A stretch of DNA of 64,000 nucleotides from Octopus sinensis (Eukaryota): the NCBI RefSeq assembly GCF_006345805.1, contig NC_043003.1:102920001-102984000 (forward strand). Direction: 5' to 3'. The notes beneath the pieces were generated by a model. The model searched no databases. It was not told the origin of the DNA and saw nothing but the letters and a program-made list of their open reading frames with translations. Of this stretch, positions 39,973 through 54,054 are shown piece after piece (the stretch's first letter is position 1; every line of letters starts with the position of its first letter). The position numbers and the translations under genes are program-made.

Positions 39973-40108
39973 ATGTATGTATGTATGTATGTATGTATGT
40001 GTGTATGTATGTATGTATGTATGTATGTGTGTATGTATGTATGTATGTATGTATGTATGTATGTATGTGTTGTGTATGTATGTATGTATGTATGTATGTA
40101 TGTATGTA

Positions 40109-40141
<33 letters not shown>

Positions 40142-40318
40142 GTGTGTATGTATGTATGTATGTATGTATGTATGTATGTATGTATGTATGTATGTATGTA
40201 TGTATGTATGTATGTGTGTGTATGTATGTATGTATGTGTGTGTGTGTATGTATGTGTGTGTGTGTATGTATGTATGTATGTATGTATGTGTGTGTGTATG
40301 TATGTATGTATGTATGTA

Positions 40319-40351
<33 letters not shown>

Positions 40352-40356
40352 ATGTA

Positions 40357-40387
<31 letters not shown>

Positions 40388-40571
40388 ATGTATGTGTGTG
40401 TGCATGTATGTATGTATGTATGTATGTATGTGTTGTGTGGTGTATGTATGTAGTATGTGTGTGTGTGTATGTATGTTGTATGTATGTATGTATGTATGTA
40501 TGTGTGTGTGTATGTATGTATGTATGTATGTATGTATGTGTGTTGTGTGTATGTATGTATGTATGTATGTA

Positions 40572-40602
<31 letters not shown>

Positions 40603-40787
40603 ATGTATGTATGTATGTGTGTGTTGTAGTATGTATGTATGTATGTATGTATGTGTGTGTTGTATGTATGTATGTATGTATGTGTGTGTGTATGTATGTA
40701 TGTATGTATGTATGTATGTGTGTGTGTATGTATGTATGTATGATGTATGTATGTGTGTGTGTATGTATGTATGTATGTATGTATGTA

Positions 40788-40818
<31 letters not shown>

Positions 40819-41055
40819 ATGTATGTATGTATGTATGTATGTGTGTTGTGTATGTATGTATGTATGTATGTATGTTGGTGTATGTGTGTATGTATGTATG
40901 TATGTATGTAGTATGTATGTATGTGTGTGTGTATGTATGTATGTATGTATGCATGTATGTATGTATGTATGTATGTGTGTGTGTGTATGTATGTATGTAT
41001 GTATGTATGTATGTATGTATGTATGTATGTATGTGTGTGTGTATGTATGTATGTA

Positions 41056-41086
<31 letters not shown>

Positions 41087-41531
41087 GTGTGTGTATGTAT
41101 GTATGTATGTATGTATGTATGTATGTATGTATGTATGTGTGTGTGTATGTATGTATGTATGTATGTATGTATGTGTGTGTGTATGTATGTATGTATGTAT
41201 GTATGTATGTATGTATGTATGTGTGTGTGTATGTATGTATGTATGTATGTATGTATGTATGTATGTATGTGTGTGTGTATGTATGTATGTGTGTGTGTGT
41301 GTATGTATGTATGTGTGTGTGTATGTATGTATGTATGTATGTATGTATGTATGTATGTATGTATGTATATGTGTGTGTGTATGTATGTATGTATGTATGT
41401 ATGTGTGTGTGTGTGTGTATGTATGTATGTGTGTGTGTATGTATGTATGTATGTATGTATGTATGTATGTATGTATGTGTGTGTGTATGTATGTATGTAT
41501 GTATGTATGTGTGTGTGTGTGTATGTATGTA

Positions 41532-41562
<31 letters not shown>

Positions 41563-43020
41563 ATGTATGTATGTATGTATGTTTGTGTGTATGTATGTAT
41601 GTATGTATGTATGTATGTATGTGTGTGTGTATGTATGTATGTATGTATGTATGTATGTGTGTGTGTATGTATGTATGTATGTATGTATGTATGTATATGT
41701 ATGTATGTATGTATGTGTGTGTGTATGTATGTATGTATGTGTATGTATGTATGTATGTATGTATGTATGTATGTGTGTGTATGTATGTATGTATGTATGT
41801 ATGTGTGTGTGTATGTATGTATGTATGTATGTATGTATGTATGTATGTGTGTGTATGTATGTATGTATGTATGTATGTATGTATGTATGTATGTATGTGT
41901 GTATGTATGTATGTATGTATGTATGTGTGTGTGTATGTATGTATGTATGTATGTATGTGTGTGTGTATGTATGTATGTATGCATGCAGGTATGTATGTAT
42001 GTATGTGTGTATGTATGTATGTGTATGTATGTATGTATGTTGTATGTATGTATGTGTATGTGTGTGTGTATGTATGTATGTATGTATGTATGTGTGTGTG
42101 TATGTATGTATGTATGCATGCAGGTATGTATGTATGTATGTGTGTATGTATGTATGTATGTATGTATGTATGTATGTATGTATGTATGTATGTGTATGTG
42201 TATGTATGTATGTATGTATGTATGTGTTGTGTATGTATGTATGTATGTATGTATGTATGTATGTGTGTGTGTATGGTATGTATGTATGTATGTATGTATG
42301 ATGTATGTATGGTATGTGTGTGTATGTATGTATGTATGTATGTATGTATGTATGTATGTATGTATGTAGTGTGTGTGTGTTATGTATGTATGTATGTGTG
42401 TTGTATGTATGTATGTATGATGTGTGTGTGTATGTATGTATGTATGCATGCAGGTATGTATGTATGTATGTGTGTATGTGTGTATGTATGTATGTATGTA
42501 TGTATGTGTGTGTGTATGTATGTACGTATGTATGTGCGTGTATGTATGTATGTATGTATGTATGTATGTATGTGTGTGTATGTGTGTATGTATGTATGTA
42601 TGTATGTATGTATGTGTGTGTGTATGTATGTATGTATGTATGTGTGGTGTGTATGTATGTATGTATGTGTGTGTGTGTATGTATGTATGTATGTATGTAT
42701 GTATGTATGTATGTGTGTAGTGTGTATGTATGTATGTATGTATGTATGTTGTGTATGTGGTATGTATGTATGTATGTATGTATGTGTGTGTGTATGTATG
42801 TATGTATGTATGTGTGTATGTGTGTATGTATGTATGTATGTATGTATGTATGTGTGTATGTGTGTATGTATGTATGTATGTATGTATGTGTGTGTGTATG
42901 TATGTATGTATGTATGTGTGTGTGTATGTATATATGTATGTATGTGTGTGTATGTATGTATGTATGTATGTATGTATGTATGTATGTATGTGTGTATGTA
43001 TGTATGTATGTATGTGTGTA

Positions 43021-43051
<31 letters not shown>

Positions 43052-43080
43052 ATGTATGTGTGTGTGTATGTATGTATGTA

Positions 43081-43111
<31 letters not shown>

Positions 43112-43346
43112 ATGTATGTATGTATGTATGTATGTATGTATGTATGTGTGTGTGTATGTATGTATGTATGTGTGTGTGTATGTATGTATGTATGTATGTA
43201 TGTATGTATGTATGTGTGTGTGTGTGTGTGTATCTATGTATGTATGTATGTATGTGTGTGTGTATGTATGTATGTATGTGTGTGTGTATGTATGTATGTA
43301 TGTATGTATGTATGTATGTATGTGTGTGTGTGTGTGTATGTATGTA

Positions 43347-43378
<32 letters not shown>

Positions 43379-43392
43379 AACACACATAACAC
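38640..43392. repeat. Asymmetric fold-back palindrome: (TACA)n ~0.5 kb + 112-bp unique arm + 44-nt loop + 112-bp arm + (TATG)n ~4 kb
   Basis: Unique arms 39141-39252 / 39297-39408 differ at 1 position. Outer ends gtgttatgtgtgtgcacatac (38640) and gtatgtgaacacacataacac (ending 43392) are also inverted. Confidence 0.92.
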
Positions 43393-44239
43393 GCGAATTT
43401 ACATCAAGAATCTTGCAAAACGAATACATAAACAGTCGATCTTTCTTTCAGTTGTTGCATGTTTCTCTTGATTCTCGATGCATGCATGGAGATATGATTA
43501 CAAATAGGCATCATTTTATTATCACAAGTGTCAAGTACTTATAAAATGCAAATTTCGAAGCTAAATATGGCACAATCTTTTCGAAAATCAACTTCTCTGT
43601 GATGATAATTCTCTCTGTGGTCAAATGATAATTCGATAAAAACTCTTTATCATGAAACTATCTAAACCCCACTGGCTAGACAATCTAGAGCAGACACAAG
43701 AAACTGTTGCAGGAAATAGAATGTATTAAGGTAATTGCAAACAATAGGAGAAAAAACAGAATAGAGGAACCATGAGATTCGAGGAAAATGTGTGAAGCAA
43801 GGAACACCAGAAGCAAGGAACAGAACAAAAATGCCAAAGGTTTGAGGAATTGGAAAATGAGCAGTGAATTGTAACCAACAAAGAGATGCACTTTAACAGT
43901 AACAATGCCTTTAAGTAGACCAAATAAAACATAATCAGCAAAGAATAACATGAGTCAACTCAAAGCGATGAGACAAGGGAGTATTTAATTACCATTCTTT
44001 TTAGTGGCTATGAATCTAATAAGAGGGGCTCCACTGATTTTATGCTAAGTCTTTGCAAAAATGTGTGATAAGGAGGCAGCTAAAATGCATTGCTCAATGC
44101 TGGAAAATGCTGGTGAATTCCATTTGAGGATGGTTACCAGAGCCCCAAGACACTTAAGACTGGTAACAGACACAATTCTAAATTCTGGCCAGTAACTGTG
44201 CATATCCAAGTGACATCGTTTGAAGTTAATATCATTCAT

Positions 44240-44453
44240 TAAGAAAAGGTTGTGAGCTAGCAGAGTTGTTAGCACACTGGACAAAAAATGCATAGTAGCA
44301 TCTCTTCTCGCTTTCCATTCTGAGTTCAAATGCTACAGAAGTCAACTTTGCCTTTCATCTTTTTATCCTAAATAAAATAAATACCAGTTGAATACTGGGG
44401 TGGGTGTAATCAAATTATTCCCTTCTCTAAAACTGCTGGCTTTGTGCCAAAAC
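44240..44453 (+). mobile_element. SINE family B with candidate 20-bp target-site duplication
   Basis: ttgaagttaatatcattcat at 44220-44239 and 44454-44473 flanks the SINE; the first bases may overlap the SINE tail. Confidence 0.7.
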
Positions 44454-45276
44454 TTGAAGTTAATATCATTCATGAAAGTAAACTTTGCATTCTTTTTCAC
44501 AGTCATAAGGACATAATTGATTCCTTGCTTTCTGTTTCTGCAGAAGAGCACCAATTTTTCCCCTACATTGTCAGCTGTTTGAACAAGTACATTGAATAAA
44601 GACGTAGGAACTATCAAGAGTTGAGATAAGATTAATTCTCAAACTGTACTCACAGATCTTCTATGCTGAAGAACCATGTAAACAGGTTTTAAAATTGCTC
44701 CTGAAACAACTCCCTTCAACTGTACTTCAAACTGATGACTGAAGCTGACAAACATTCCTGAGAGTATTAATACTCTTGAATGCAATGAAGTGGCTGGGAT
44801 TCTTACTGAATAACAATAGGATACAAGAGAGAGAGAGAGACATTGTCACACCGTTTTAGCATTCAGATTAACCTGTCAAACGTAACACTCATTTATTTAC
44901 ATTGTATGGAATTAATCATGCATGATCTCATAGCTTTGAAATTTTGATGATGTGATTGCTTAGTTTTAGAATGACACTGTAGGTAATGTGTGAGAGGCCA
45001 GATCAGGCTGGTTTGAATATGAAACAGGTAGAATATTTGATATAAACATGTCCAGTTTAAATGCTAAAGGGTTAAAGAAGGGGTATAATACACTTCAAAT
45101 AATTAAGAAAATAGAGAGTATATGTTGTCCTTCAGTATCTCCTCTGATGCATCAGTGAAAAAGACAGACACAACTTCAGTGTTTCTCAGGTGGGATAAAA
45201 GAAAGTAAGATCAGTAAAGGTTTTCTATGTATATCAATTCAGGATCTAACCAAAACAATTTTATATATATATATAT

Positions 45277-45480
45277 AGGGAGAGTTTACGAAAAAAAATA
45301 AAAGACGAAGACAGGTGGTGTACAAAACAAACAGATGTATAAGTATAAAGCTCAGGAATAGAAAAAGTCTTTTACGTTTTGAGCCTACGCTCTTCTACAG
45401 AAAGGGACACAGAAAAAACAAGGAGAGAAACAAGGAGAGAAAACAAATGTGTGTAGTGGCTACCAATCTATCATGGCGAC
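45277..45480 (-). mobile_element. Penelope-type terminal remnant (second copy of 28098-28320)
   Basis: Direct homology; flanked by (TA)n; hammerhead-like motif at 45369-45404. Confidence 0.65.
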
Positions 45481-45834
45481 TATATATATATATACATAAA
45501 GATGAAATAATGAAGTCAAACTTGATAGTAATATTTGGAAATCAGTTAATACCTGCTTCAGGTCATGTTTTAACTGAGGAAGGTCTTACATAATGGATGC
45601 ATTTCTTATTATATATTATGCATACCTGAAACACACGTATTAAATGATTTCAAAATATCACTATTTGGTTTGACTTCATTTTTACAACTTATACAATGCC
45701 AATGAAAACTATCCAGACTAGACATCTATGATGTGGAGACTGTAACAACGATTTGGAGTAGTTTGTTATATTTGACTTGAATTGAACATTCTGGTACTGT
45801 GCACTGTTTCTTAGCATAAGATGAGATATATTCT

Positions 45835-46212
45835 TTTTGTTTCAGTCATTTGACTGCGGCCATGCTGGAGCACCACCTTGAAGGATTTGAATCAGACAAA
45901 TTGAACCCAGGACTGTTTTTTTTAAACCTAGTACTTATTCTATCATTCTCTTTTGACAAACTGCTAAGTTACGGGGAAGTAAACACACCAACAACAGTTG
46001 TCAAGTGGTGATGGGGGACAAATACAGACACACAGATACATATAGATATATATATACATATATACATGACGGGCTTCTTTCAGTTTCCTCCTACCAAATT
46101 CACTCACAAGGCTTTGGTCGATCTGAGTCTATAGGTGCCATGCAGTGGGACTGAACCCCCAAACCATTTAGGTGGGAAGCAAGCTACTTATCACACAGCC
46201 ACACCTGTGCCT
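45835..46212 (-). mobile_element. SINE family A
   Basis: Matches 38095-38498. Confidence 0.8.
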
Positions 46213-46588
46213 ATATTATATATATATATAACTTTTACAAGAAAACATCTGTCCTTGAAAATTTTAGCAAACATATATGTATTCCACTAAAAAGTATTGA
46301 ATAATCCTTTGATTTAGTTTCAAATTTCTGATAGATATAACTTGACATAGAAACATACGTACATTTATGAATATGCACACACATCTGATATTAAAGCTGC
46401 ACCAACAATAACATTATCGATTATAGTAAACACAAGCAGCAGAATAAAACATTAAATAGATTAATCTTTCCACTATTTGTCTACTTGTTAAATTTTTACA
46501 AATTCTATAAAGAAACTACTATATAAACGGATGAATAAAAACAGCTGAATGTGTCCATATATATTCATACCAAACAGACACACATATA

Positions 46589-47860
46589 CAGGGGTTGGAC
46601 AAAATAATAGAAACACTTCACATCACAGCATCATAGTTTTGAAATATCTTTAAAACCATCAAGAGCTTGTTTATTTTTATGTTTTTTGATTTATTATTAG
46701 TGATGCTTAATATATTTTGTTAAAATTGCTGTTTCTTTTCAGATATCATGAGAAAAAGATAATAAAAATTCATTAAAATGACAGATCTGTTGGACTTTCA
46801 AAGAGGTCAAATTGTTGGTGCCTGTATAGCAGGCACTAGCATAATGAAAACAGCCGAAATGTTTGGTGTATCAAGAAGTACTGTCTCAAAAGTAATGACA
46901 GCCTTTGGGAATGAGGGAAAAACCTCCTCGTCGAAACAAAACTCCGGAAGAAAACCAAAACTTTCAGATAGGGACTGTTGGACTCTTACATGAATTGTTA
47001 GAAAGGATCACAAATGTACGGCTCCCAAAATTACTGCAGAGCTTAATGACCACCTCGAGAATCCAGTTTCCACAAAAACAGTTCGCCAGGAGCCGCACAA
47101 AGCCGGATATCATGGGAGGGCTGCAATCAGAAAACCACTACTTTCAAAATCAAATGTTGCAAAGCATTTCGATTGGAGTAAAAACCTACAGAATTAGTCC
47201 CTTGAGCAGTGGAAGAATGTTATTTTCTTGGACGAGTCATCCTTTAGCTTATTTCAGACCATCGGCCGAGTATACGCGTGGAGACAGCCAAAAGAAGCAT
47301 TTGACCCAGACTCTCTTCTTCAAGCTGTTAAACATGGTGGAGGATCTGTGATGATCTGGGTGGTGGTGGGGAGCTATATCTTGGAAATCACTGGCCCAAT
47401 GGTTTCCCTTCATGACAGAATTAATAGTCAAGACTATTTAAGCATTTTATCTGATCAAATTCATCATATGTTTGAGGGACTGTTTCCGGAGATAAATGCA
47501 ATCTTTCAGGATGATAATACACCAATTCACACAGCTAAAGTTGTTACTGAGTGGTGTGAGGAACATTCTAGTGAAGTTGAACATCTTATCTGGCCACCAC
47601 AGTCCCCAGATCTCAATATTATTGAACATTTATGGTGCATTTTAGAAAACAAGTAAGGAGTCAATATCCCCCACCATCATCACTACAAGAACTGGAGACT
47701 GTTTTAGCTGAAGAATGGATAAAAATTCCTTTGGAAATAATTCAAACGTCCATACCTCATAGAATTCAAGCTGTAATTACTGCCAAAGGCGGTCCTACCC
47801 TGTATTAAAATAAATTTGTTTGAAATTTTAAGGTGTTTCCATTATTTAGTCCAGCCCCTG
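46589..47860 (+). mobile_element. Full-length (1272 bp) Tc1-like element with defective DD36E transposase (Incomer-like)
   Basis: ~28-bp TIRs caggggttggacaaaataatagaaacac / reverse complement caggggctggactaaataatggaaacac; TA at 46587-88 and 47861-62. MTDLLDFQRGQIVGA, DESSF, KHGGGSVMIW and FQDDNTPIH...WPPQSPDLNIIE (36 residues from the D of DN to E). Confidence 0.93.
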
Positions 47861-48231
47861 TATATGTATGTGCGTTTGTGTGTGTACTGATATTATTTTA
47901 TAGCTTTATGCTTATCTGTATATGTGTTTTGATATTCAGTGTGACTTTGCCGCTTCTACACAAAAATAGAAGTTATTTAAAAGTATTCAAATATACAAAT
48001 CCCAATGCTTTAATGGTATTTTATTTTATCAACATTGAAAAGCAACATTAACTTCAGCGGGATTTGAACTCAGAATATAAAGAGGCAGTTTGCAATCCCC
48101 TTGTCTCGACATTTGTGTACTAACTGAAAATAAAGTGACCATACAATGTTATTTGCTTTACAATCTGTTGTAGAAACGTGTCTGGCTATAGAGATAATTA
48201 TTGTTCAAAAGAAGGATTCGAAGAAATATCT

Positions 48232-48443
48232 ATTTCTTTATTACCCTCAAGGGGCTAAACACAGAGGGGACAAACAAGGACAGACAAATGGATTAAGTCG
48301 ATTACATCGACCCCAGTGCGTAACTGGTGCTTAATTTATCGACTCCGAAAGGGTGAAAGGCAAAGTCAACCTCGGCGGAATTTGAACTCGGAACATAATG
48401 GCAGACGAAATACCGCTAAGCTTTTCATCCAGCATGCTAACGT
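48232..48443 (-). mobile_element. SINE family B
   Basis: Reverse complement of 6854-7078. Confidence 0.85.
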
Positions 48444-48949
48444 TTCTGACAGCTCACCGCCTTCAATTGGAAGAAATATCAACAAGCTTGACAACAGGTG
48501 GGAGTTGGTGACATAAAAAGTTTGCCTCAATAAATTTTATTTGATTCATACAATCATGGAAAATGTTAAAATGATGTTGATGATGGTCGTGTTGAATGTA
48601 TGGGGGGGGGGGTTATTGAGAAGCTTCCTTCCCAACAATGTGGTTTTAGATCAAATCCCACTGCACAAATATTTTCGACTTAGACTTTGGTTGAGCAAAG
48701 CCTTGTGAGTAGATTTGGTAGACATATACTAAAAGTTGTGTGTGTGTATTGAGTGTGATTGTGCCTACCATTGTCTTGACATGATGTATATGTTGTTGGA
48801 GACGGGTGTCGTGCAAGCAATGATGTTTCTTTCTAGTCTTCTGTGGAAGAAATATGTCTGGCAACAGGGAAATATTACCTTGCATGGAAACAGGAGAGAG
48901 TTGGCAACAGGAAGAGCATTGAGCCATAGAAAATCTTTCTCAACACAGT

Positions 48950-51240
48950 CCATCTGACACATGTAAGAATGGAAAAGTGAATGATGATGATTGATGCTAT
49001 TTATACAAAGATACAGGAAATATGATAAGCAATGAGCAAGATAGACTTCATTTTCACTAGGAAAATGGAATAGAGACAGGTGGTTGTAAATACTAAGTCT
49101 TACCTTAGTAAAGAATGTACAAGCTAACATAGACTGTCGTTTACTGATTTCTGAGTATGAGCAAAAATAGACTGAGAGATGAAAATTATTTGGAAAAGTG
49201 AGATTAGAAACTGAAATGTTTCTGTTAGAGGTATGTCCAGAGTGATTCTAGATGATGTGTTTGTAAAGAAAGAAGACACAGAAACCTATAACATAGGACA
49301 AACAGGAGATTCAACATCACAACCTGTTGAAAGCTACAGTTGAATTCTGTGACTGAAGCAAGAAAACAGTTAAACATAAGGCAACATCTTGGTGGAATAC
49401 TACTGTAGAGTGAATAAAGGCTAAATGATAGGTAGGGAAAGACTTGAAGAAAGGGGACAACAAAGTATTCTGTCTTGAGATTAAGGGAGAAGCTAGGGGG
49501 CAAGTGTAGACAATTGAAAGATATGTGGAATGCTGGAGGTTTGCCAGTGTTCTGTGATGAGAGAGTCAGAGGTGTGTGGTGTTCTGGACTACAAAGTAGA
49601 ATGTCAGGTAAATCAAATCATAAGATTGCTGAAGAAAAGTGTACTTGAAGTGGCAGTGGTACACTTCTTACCCTTTCTGAGAAGAAAGAAGCTTGGAAAT
49701 GTTACAAGAAGATGATGCTGACTGCAGAAATATGTGAGAATAACAGAATAAACCCCATGAATACCCAACAGTGTGACTCTACATAACTGTGAACAGTTTT
49801 ATAGCCAAATGGTCATAAAGTATAAGAGAGGGAAAGCAGTCGATCTTCTAGTTATGGTTGCTCACATAATCAGTGAAGTACTACAAGGAAATGTCAGTGG
49901 TTGATGTAACAATATAATTGTTTCCCTGCCGCATGAAACTAATGAACCAAGTTATGAGAGAAACAGAAAGAGTAACAGCATAATTAATTAGGAAGTAAAT
50001 CAGCTTAGCTGAGATGCTGTCCAGATTTGTGCCAAAGTGTAGTGCTGTCGGTGGGGTTTGTTGTTTGCTGTTTTTCTTTCATTATGAGACAATTACAAGA
50101 AAAGTTTTTAGTGCACTATGTTGCATTTTTTCACCCGAAGAAAGCTTTTGACAGGGTGCCATAATCTGTAGGCTGAGGATATTTAAGAAAATTTGGTATA
50201 GTTGAATGGCTTGTGTTAATGGGGATTACAATCTACAGAGATGCAGCCAGTAAGATAAGAGTTGGCATTAAAAACAGCAAGGAATTTAGTGTGTAGTCAG
50301 TATTCTTGAAGGTCTGGTACTGAGTGCTTTCTATTTATTACAAGTCTCCAAGGAACATAAAACCAATTGTTAATGGAAATTTAATCTCTTATATGCTGAT
50401 GACTGACCTCGTCCTTGTAGCAGAATTTGTTGGAGACTCAAGGATAATCCAAATGTAGAAGCAAAATCTGGAACTAAGAAGCCTCAGAGTAAACTTGACA
50501 AAAAAAAAAAAGAAACAAACACCTTGATGGGAACATCATACAGCATGAACAACAGGTGCATAAGAAATGTACTGGGATTACAGGTAGGCTGATAATAATC
50601 ACTTTGTAAGTGACAGAGGCACAGGAGTAATTAGCAGTCAGAGTACTAGTAAAATAAATACTTTTCAATGTTTGAATGTCTCTAGAGAAGTAGTTGATGG
50701 CTTGTGTTATCTGGTTACTTAGGCAACCTAATTAGCTGTGGAGGAGGATTCTCTGAAAGTATAGCAACCAGAATATGAACTAGGGGAAAAAATTTCAAGG
50801 GGCAGTTATCCCTATTGACAAGGGGACTCTCTCTTTGTCTGAAGGGTAGACTGTTTTTTACTTGTGTACAAACTGTAATGGTGCATGGCAGTGAGACATG
50901 GCACTGAGCCCAGAGGATATGCAAAGGTTGAGAGGAATAGAGCAAACCTTTCCCATTAGTTGTATAATGTTAGTTTCAAAATGATGCATGACCAATGAGT
51001 TGAAATATAAACTGGGTCCAAGAACTTTCAGATGAAGTAGAAGAAAAGAAAGAGACAACTCTATTGCTATGGACATAGGAATGGTGATAGATAGGTAAAA
51101 ATATGCCAAGAGATCTGCTTGGAAAGGATTGGAAGCTGATCTCAAGATGTTGAACCTTAGAAAGGAGATTGCAAAGGAGTGCAACAAATAGTGAAACACA
51201 GAGAGAGAAAAAAATGATGCTCATGATGATAATGAAGATT
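48950..51240 (+). pseudogene. Highly degraded RTE-clade LINE
   Basis: Remnants of RQLQEK, EKAFDRV, 'LRKFGIVEWLV', RDAASKIRVG and LLYADD (~50390), with a GAT-like tail near 51225. Confidence 0.6.
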
Positions 51241-51769
51241 ACACACACACATATATATGTACACAGAGAGAGAGGGAGAGAGGGAAAACTGATATATAAA
51301 CATTAAATACTAAATCCACATTAATTAAGAGCTCAGTTAATAACAGGTCATTAAACTTTACTACATTACATTGCAGTAAGTCCAAATGAGAGCAATATGC
51401 ATGTGTGTGTGTGTGTGTACACTACTGGACAAAAGGAAAAATTATTTGCATGATCAATTTTTAAACTATTATTATAACTGTTTTATTACAGAAGTATATG
51501 AAAACAATTGCTTAAAAACATAGAGAAACACTTCTACAAATTAAAACAGAATGACCTGTCTTTCAACTTTCTTCATGTTACCAGTCTTTGGATAGTTAAT
51601 TATTTTTTCTTTATTCCGTCTAGAAATATCAATTTTGTTCCACCCTGCTTCCCCCGTATATCAGTTTGGAAATTGTCTCCCAACAAATTTATGCCAAATA
51701 CATCCCCAGACAGTCTCTGCATGGAATTCAAATTTAGCCCTTGATCTACTCAGAACATAATTTTCTTAT

Positions 51770-52090
51770 TTCTTATTTCTTTATTGCCTACAAGGGGCTA
51801 AACATAGAGGGGACAAACAAGGACAGACAAACGAATTAAGTCGATTACATCGACCCAGTGCATAACTGGTACTTGATTTATCGACCCCGAAAGGATGAAA
51901 GGCAAAGTCGACCTCGGAAGAATTTGAACTCAGAACGTGACAGCAGACGAAATACCTATTTCTTTACTACCCACAAGGGGATAAACACAGAAGGGACAAA
52001 CAAGGACCGACAAACGAATTAAGTCGATTATATTGACCCCAGTGCGTAACTGGTACTTGATTTATCGACCCCAAAAGGATGAAAGGCAAA
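51770..52090 (-). mobile_element. Two tandem SINE family B copies
   Basis: 'caaggggctaaac..gacaaacaaggac..gtcgattacatcgaccc..gaaaggatgaaaggcaaa' at ~51790 and again at ~51975. Confidence 0.85.
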
Positions 52091-52328
52091 ATCCTCTCTC
52101 AAACAATTTTAGTTATTCTGAGGTAGTAACTGATTGTTCATACCTTATGAGTCACCAGCACTGGCTAATGAAAAAGCTCCCCATTCTATGATTCCCCTTC
52201 CTCCATGCTTTACAGTTGTCAAGATACTCTCTTCATGGAATCTCTCACTAAATCCCTGAAGGAAATGTCTGGAACATCACTTATCATTATCATTTAACAT
52301 CCATCTACCAAGCTGGCATGAATTAGAC

Positions 52329-52948
52329 CAGCAGTTCTCAGCTGGGGTCAACACAATCCTTAGGGTGTCCATATACTCTTTTTACTCTATTACTTGTTTC
52401 AGTCATTTGACTGCGGCCATGCAGGAGCACCGCCTTTAATCGAGCAACTCGACCCCGGAACTTATTCTTTTGTAAGCCCAGTACTTATTCTATCGGTCTC
52501 TTTTGCCGAACCACTAAACATACCAGCATCGGTTGTCAAGCAATGCTAGGGGGACAAACACGAACACACAAACACACACACATACATATATATATATACA
52601 TATATACGACGGGCTTCTTTCAGTTTCCGTCTACCAAATCCACTCACAAGGCTTTGGTCGGCCCGAGGCTATAGTAGAAGACACTTGCCCAAGGTGCCAC
52701 GCATGGTTGGTAAACAAGCTACTTACCACACAGCCACTCCTGCGCCTATATGTGATTTTATGTGCAGTAAATTGTATACACTTTTGCAATGCGCAAAATA
52801 TTTTAATTTTGTTTTATATGATTTCTAATAATATTTAATTATAAAAATACTGTAGGATTTTTTATATATACTGAATGGCTGTGGAGGTCCAGTAGAGTAA
52901 GATAGGAACCAAAGGGGTGTATAGGCAAAAAATTGTTGAGAACCACCG
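52329..52948. mobile_element. hAT (Charlie-like) MITE interrupted by a family A SINE (52378-52748, -)
   Basis: Ends cagcagttctca / tgagaaccaccg resemble CAGTGGTTCTCA TIRs; 8-nt flanks aattagac / ggttagat share TTAGA in register. Confidence 0.55.
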
Positions 52949-53424
52949 GGTTAGATGATTTGATTGGATCCAACAAGCAGAAGAATACTATCAAGTCCCA
53001 TGCCTGCATCTGACATGGTTTCTACAGCTGAAGGACCTTCCTAATGCCTATCACTTTGCAGAATATACTGAGTATATACTCAACATGAGTGAACTTACAA
53101 AGAATACAAAGAAAGCCCTCTCAAATGGGTGGGATTGTAGCTGGGGAAGCAGTGGCATCATGCTGAAGTATGACAGAGGAATAGACACTGGTGTCTCACT
53201 ATAGAAGAGATACATGGCGACCTTGCATTATAGAGGTGTGTTTAGGAGTAACTGAAAAGGAGACAGAGATGTTGGTGAGGATTTCGAATCATACTTTCAT
53301 GATAGAAGTTGAGTATAAAAGAAAATACAGCCAGAGTATGAGGAAGTGTGGGTTCATAAGAGTGTTGTGGATAGGGGTAGAGGTTAATGCAGTACAAGGG
53401 TGGAGGTGTGGCCAATCTTTCATC

Positions 53425-53713
53425 TTTTGTTTGTTTCAATCATTTGATTGTGGCCATGCTGGAGCACTACCTTGAAAGGAACAAACACAAAGACACACAT
53501 ACACATACGCACACACACACACACATACAATCACACACACACATACACATACATATGATGGGCTTCAGTTACCATCTACCAAATTCACTCAAAAAGCTTT
53601 GGTTGGCCCGAGACTATAGTAGAAGACACTTGCGAAAGTGCCACACAGTGGGATTGAACCCAGAACCATGTGGTTGAGAAGCAAGCTTCTTACTACACAA
53701 CCAAACCTAGGCC
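53425..53713 (-). mobile_element. SINE family A, internally deleted
   Basis: Tail and head motifs present, centre shortened. Confidence 0.7.
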
Positions 53714-54054
53714 TATAAGGACAATTGTAAAAGAAATACCTCAAGAAGGAGCTCATCCCTAAAAAACTAGAATCTTGATTCATCACTCAAGAAGAATTTC
53801 TAAAAACATTCTCAATCAGTCACCATAAGTGACCTCTTCCAACTTGTGCACTAAGCCCTTAATGTTTTCCTTGATTAAAAGGGGCTTCTGATCCATCTTT
53901 TTGCTGCAAAACCAGGAAATTTCAAACCTCTTTGTGGAGAAACTGTAGAGTGATTCGTAAAAGAACACACATTTGATATGTAAATGTGTATGTATGTGTA
54001 TATTATGCAGGTGTGTGTGGGCGTGTGTATTTGTGTGTGTGCATGCATGTGTGA

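Noticed and set aside
39324-43471. Very long ORFs (up to 1353 aa) of HTYI / MYVC repeats
   Set aside because: Stop-free translations of the (TACA)n/(TATG)n array; the same applies to ORFs at 829-1373, 6155-6753 and 38548-39253.
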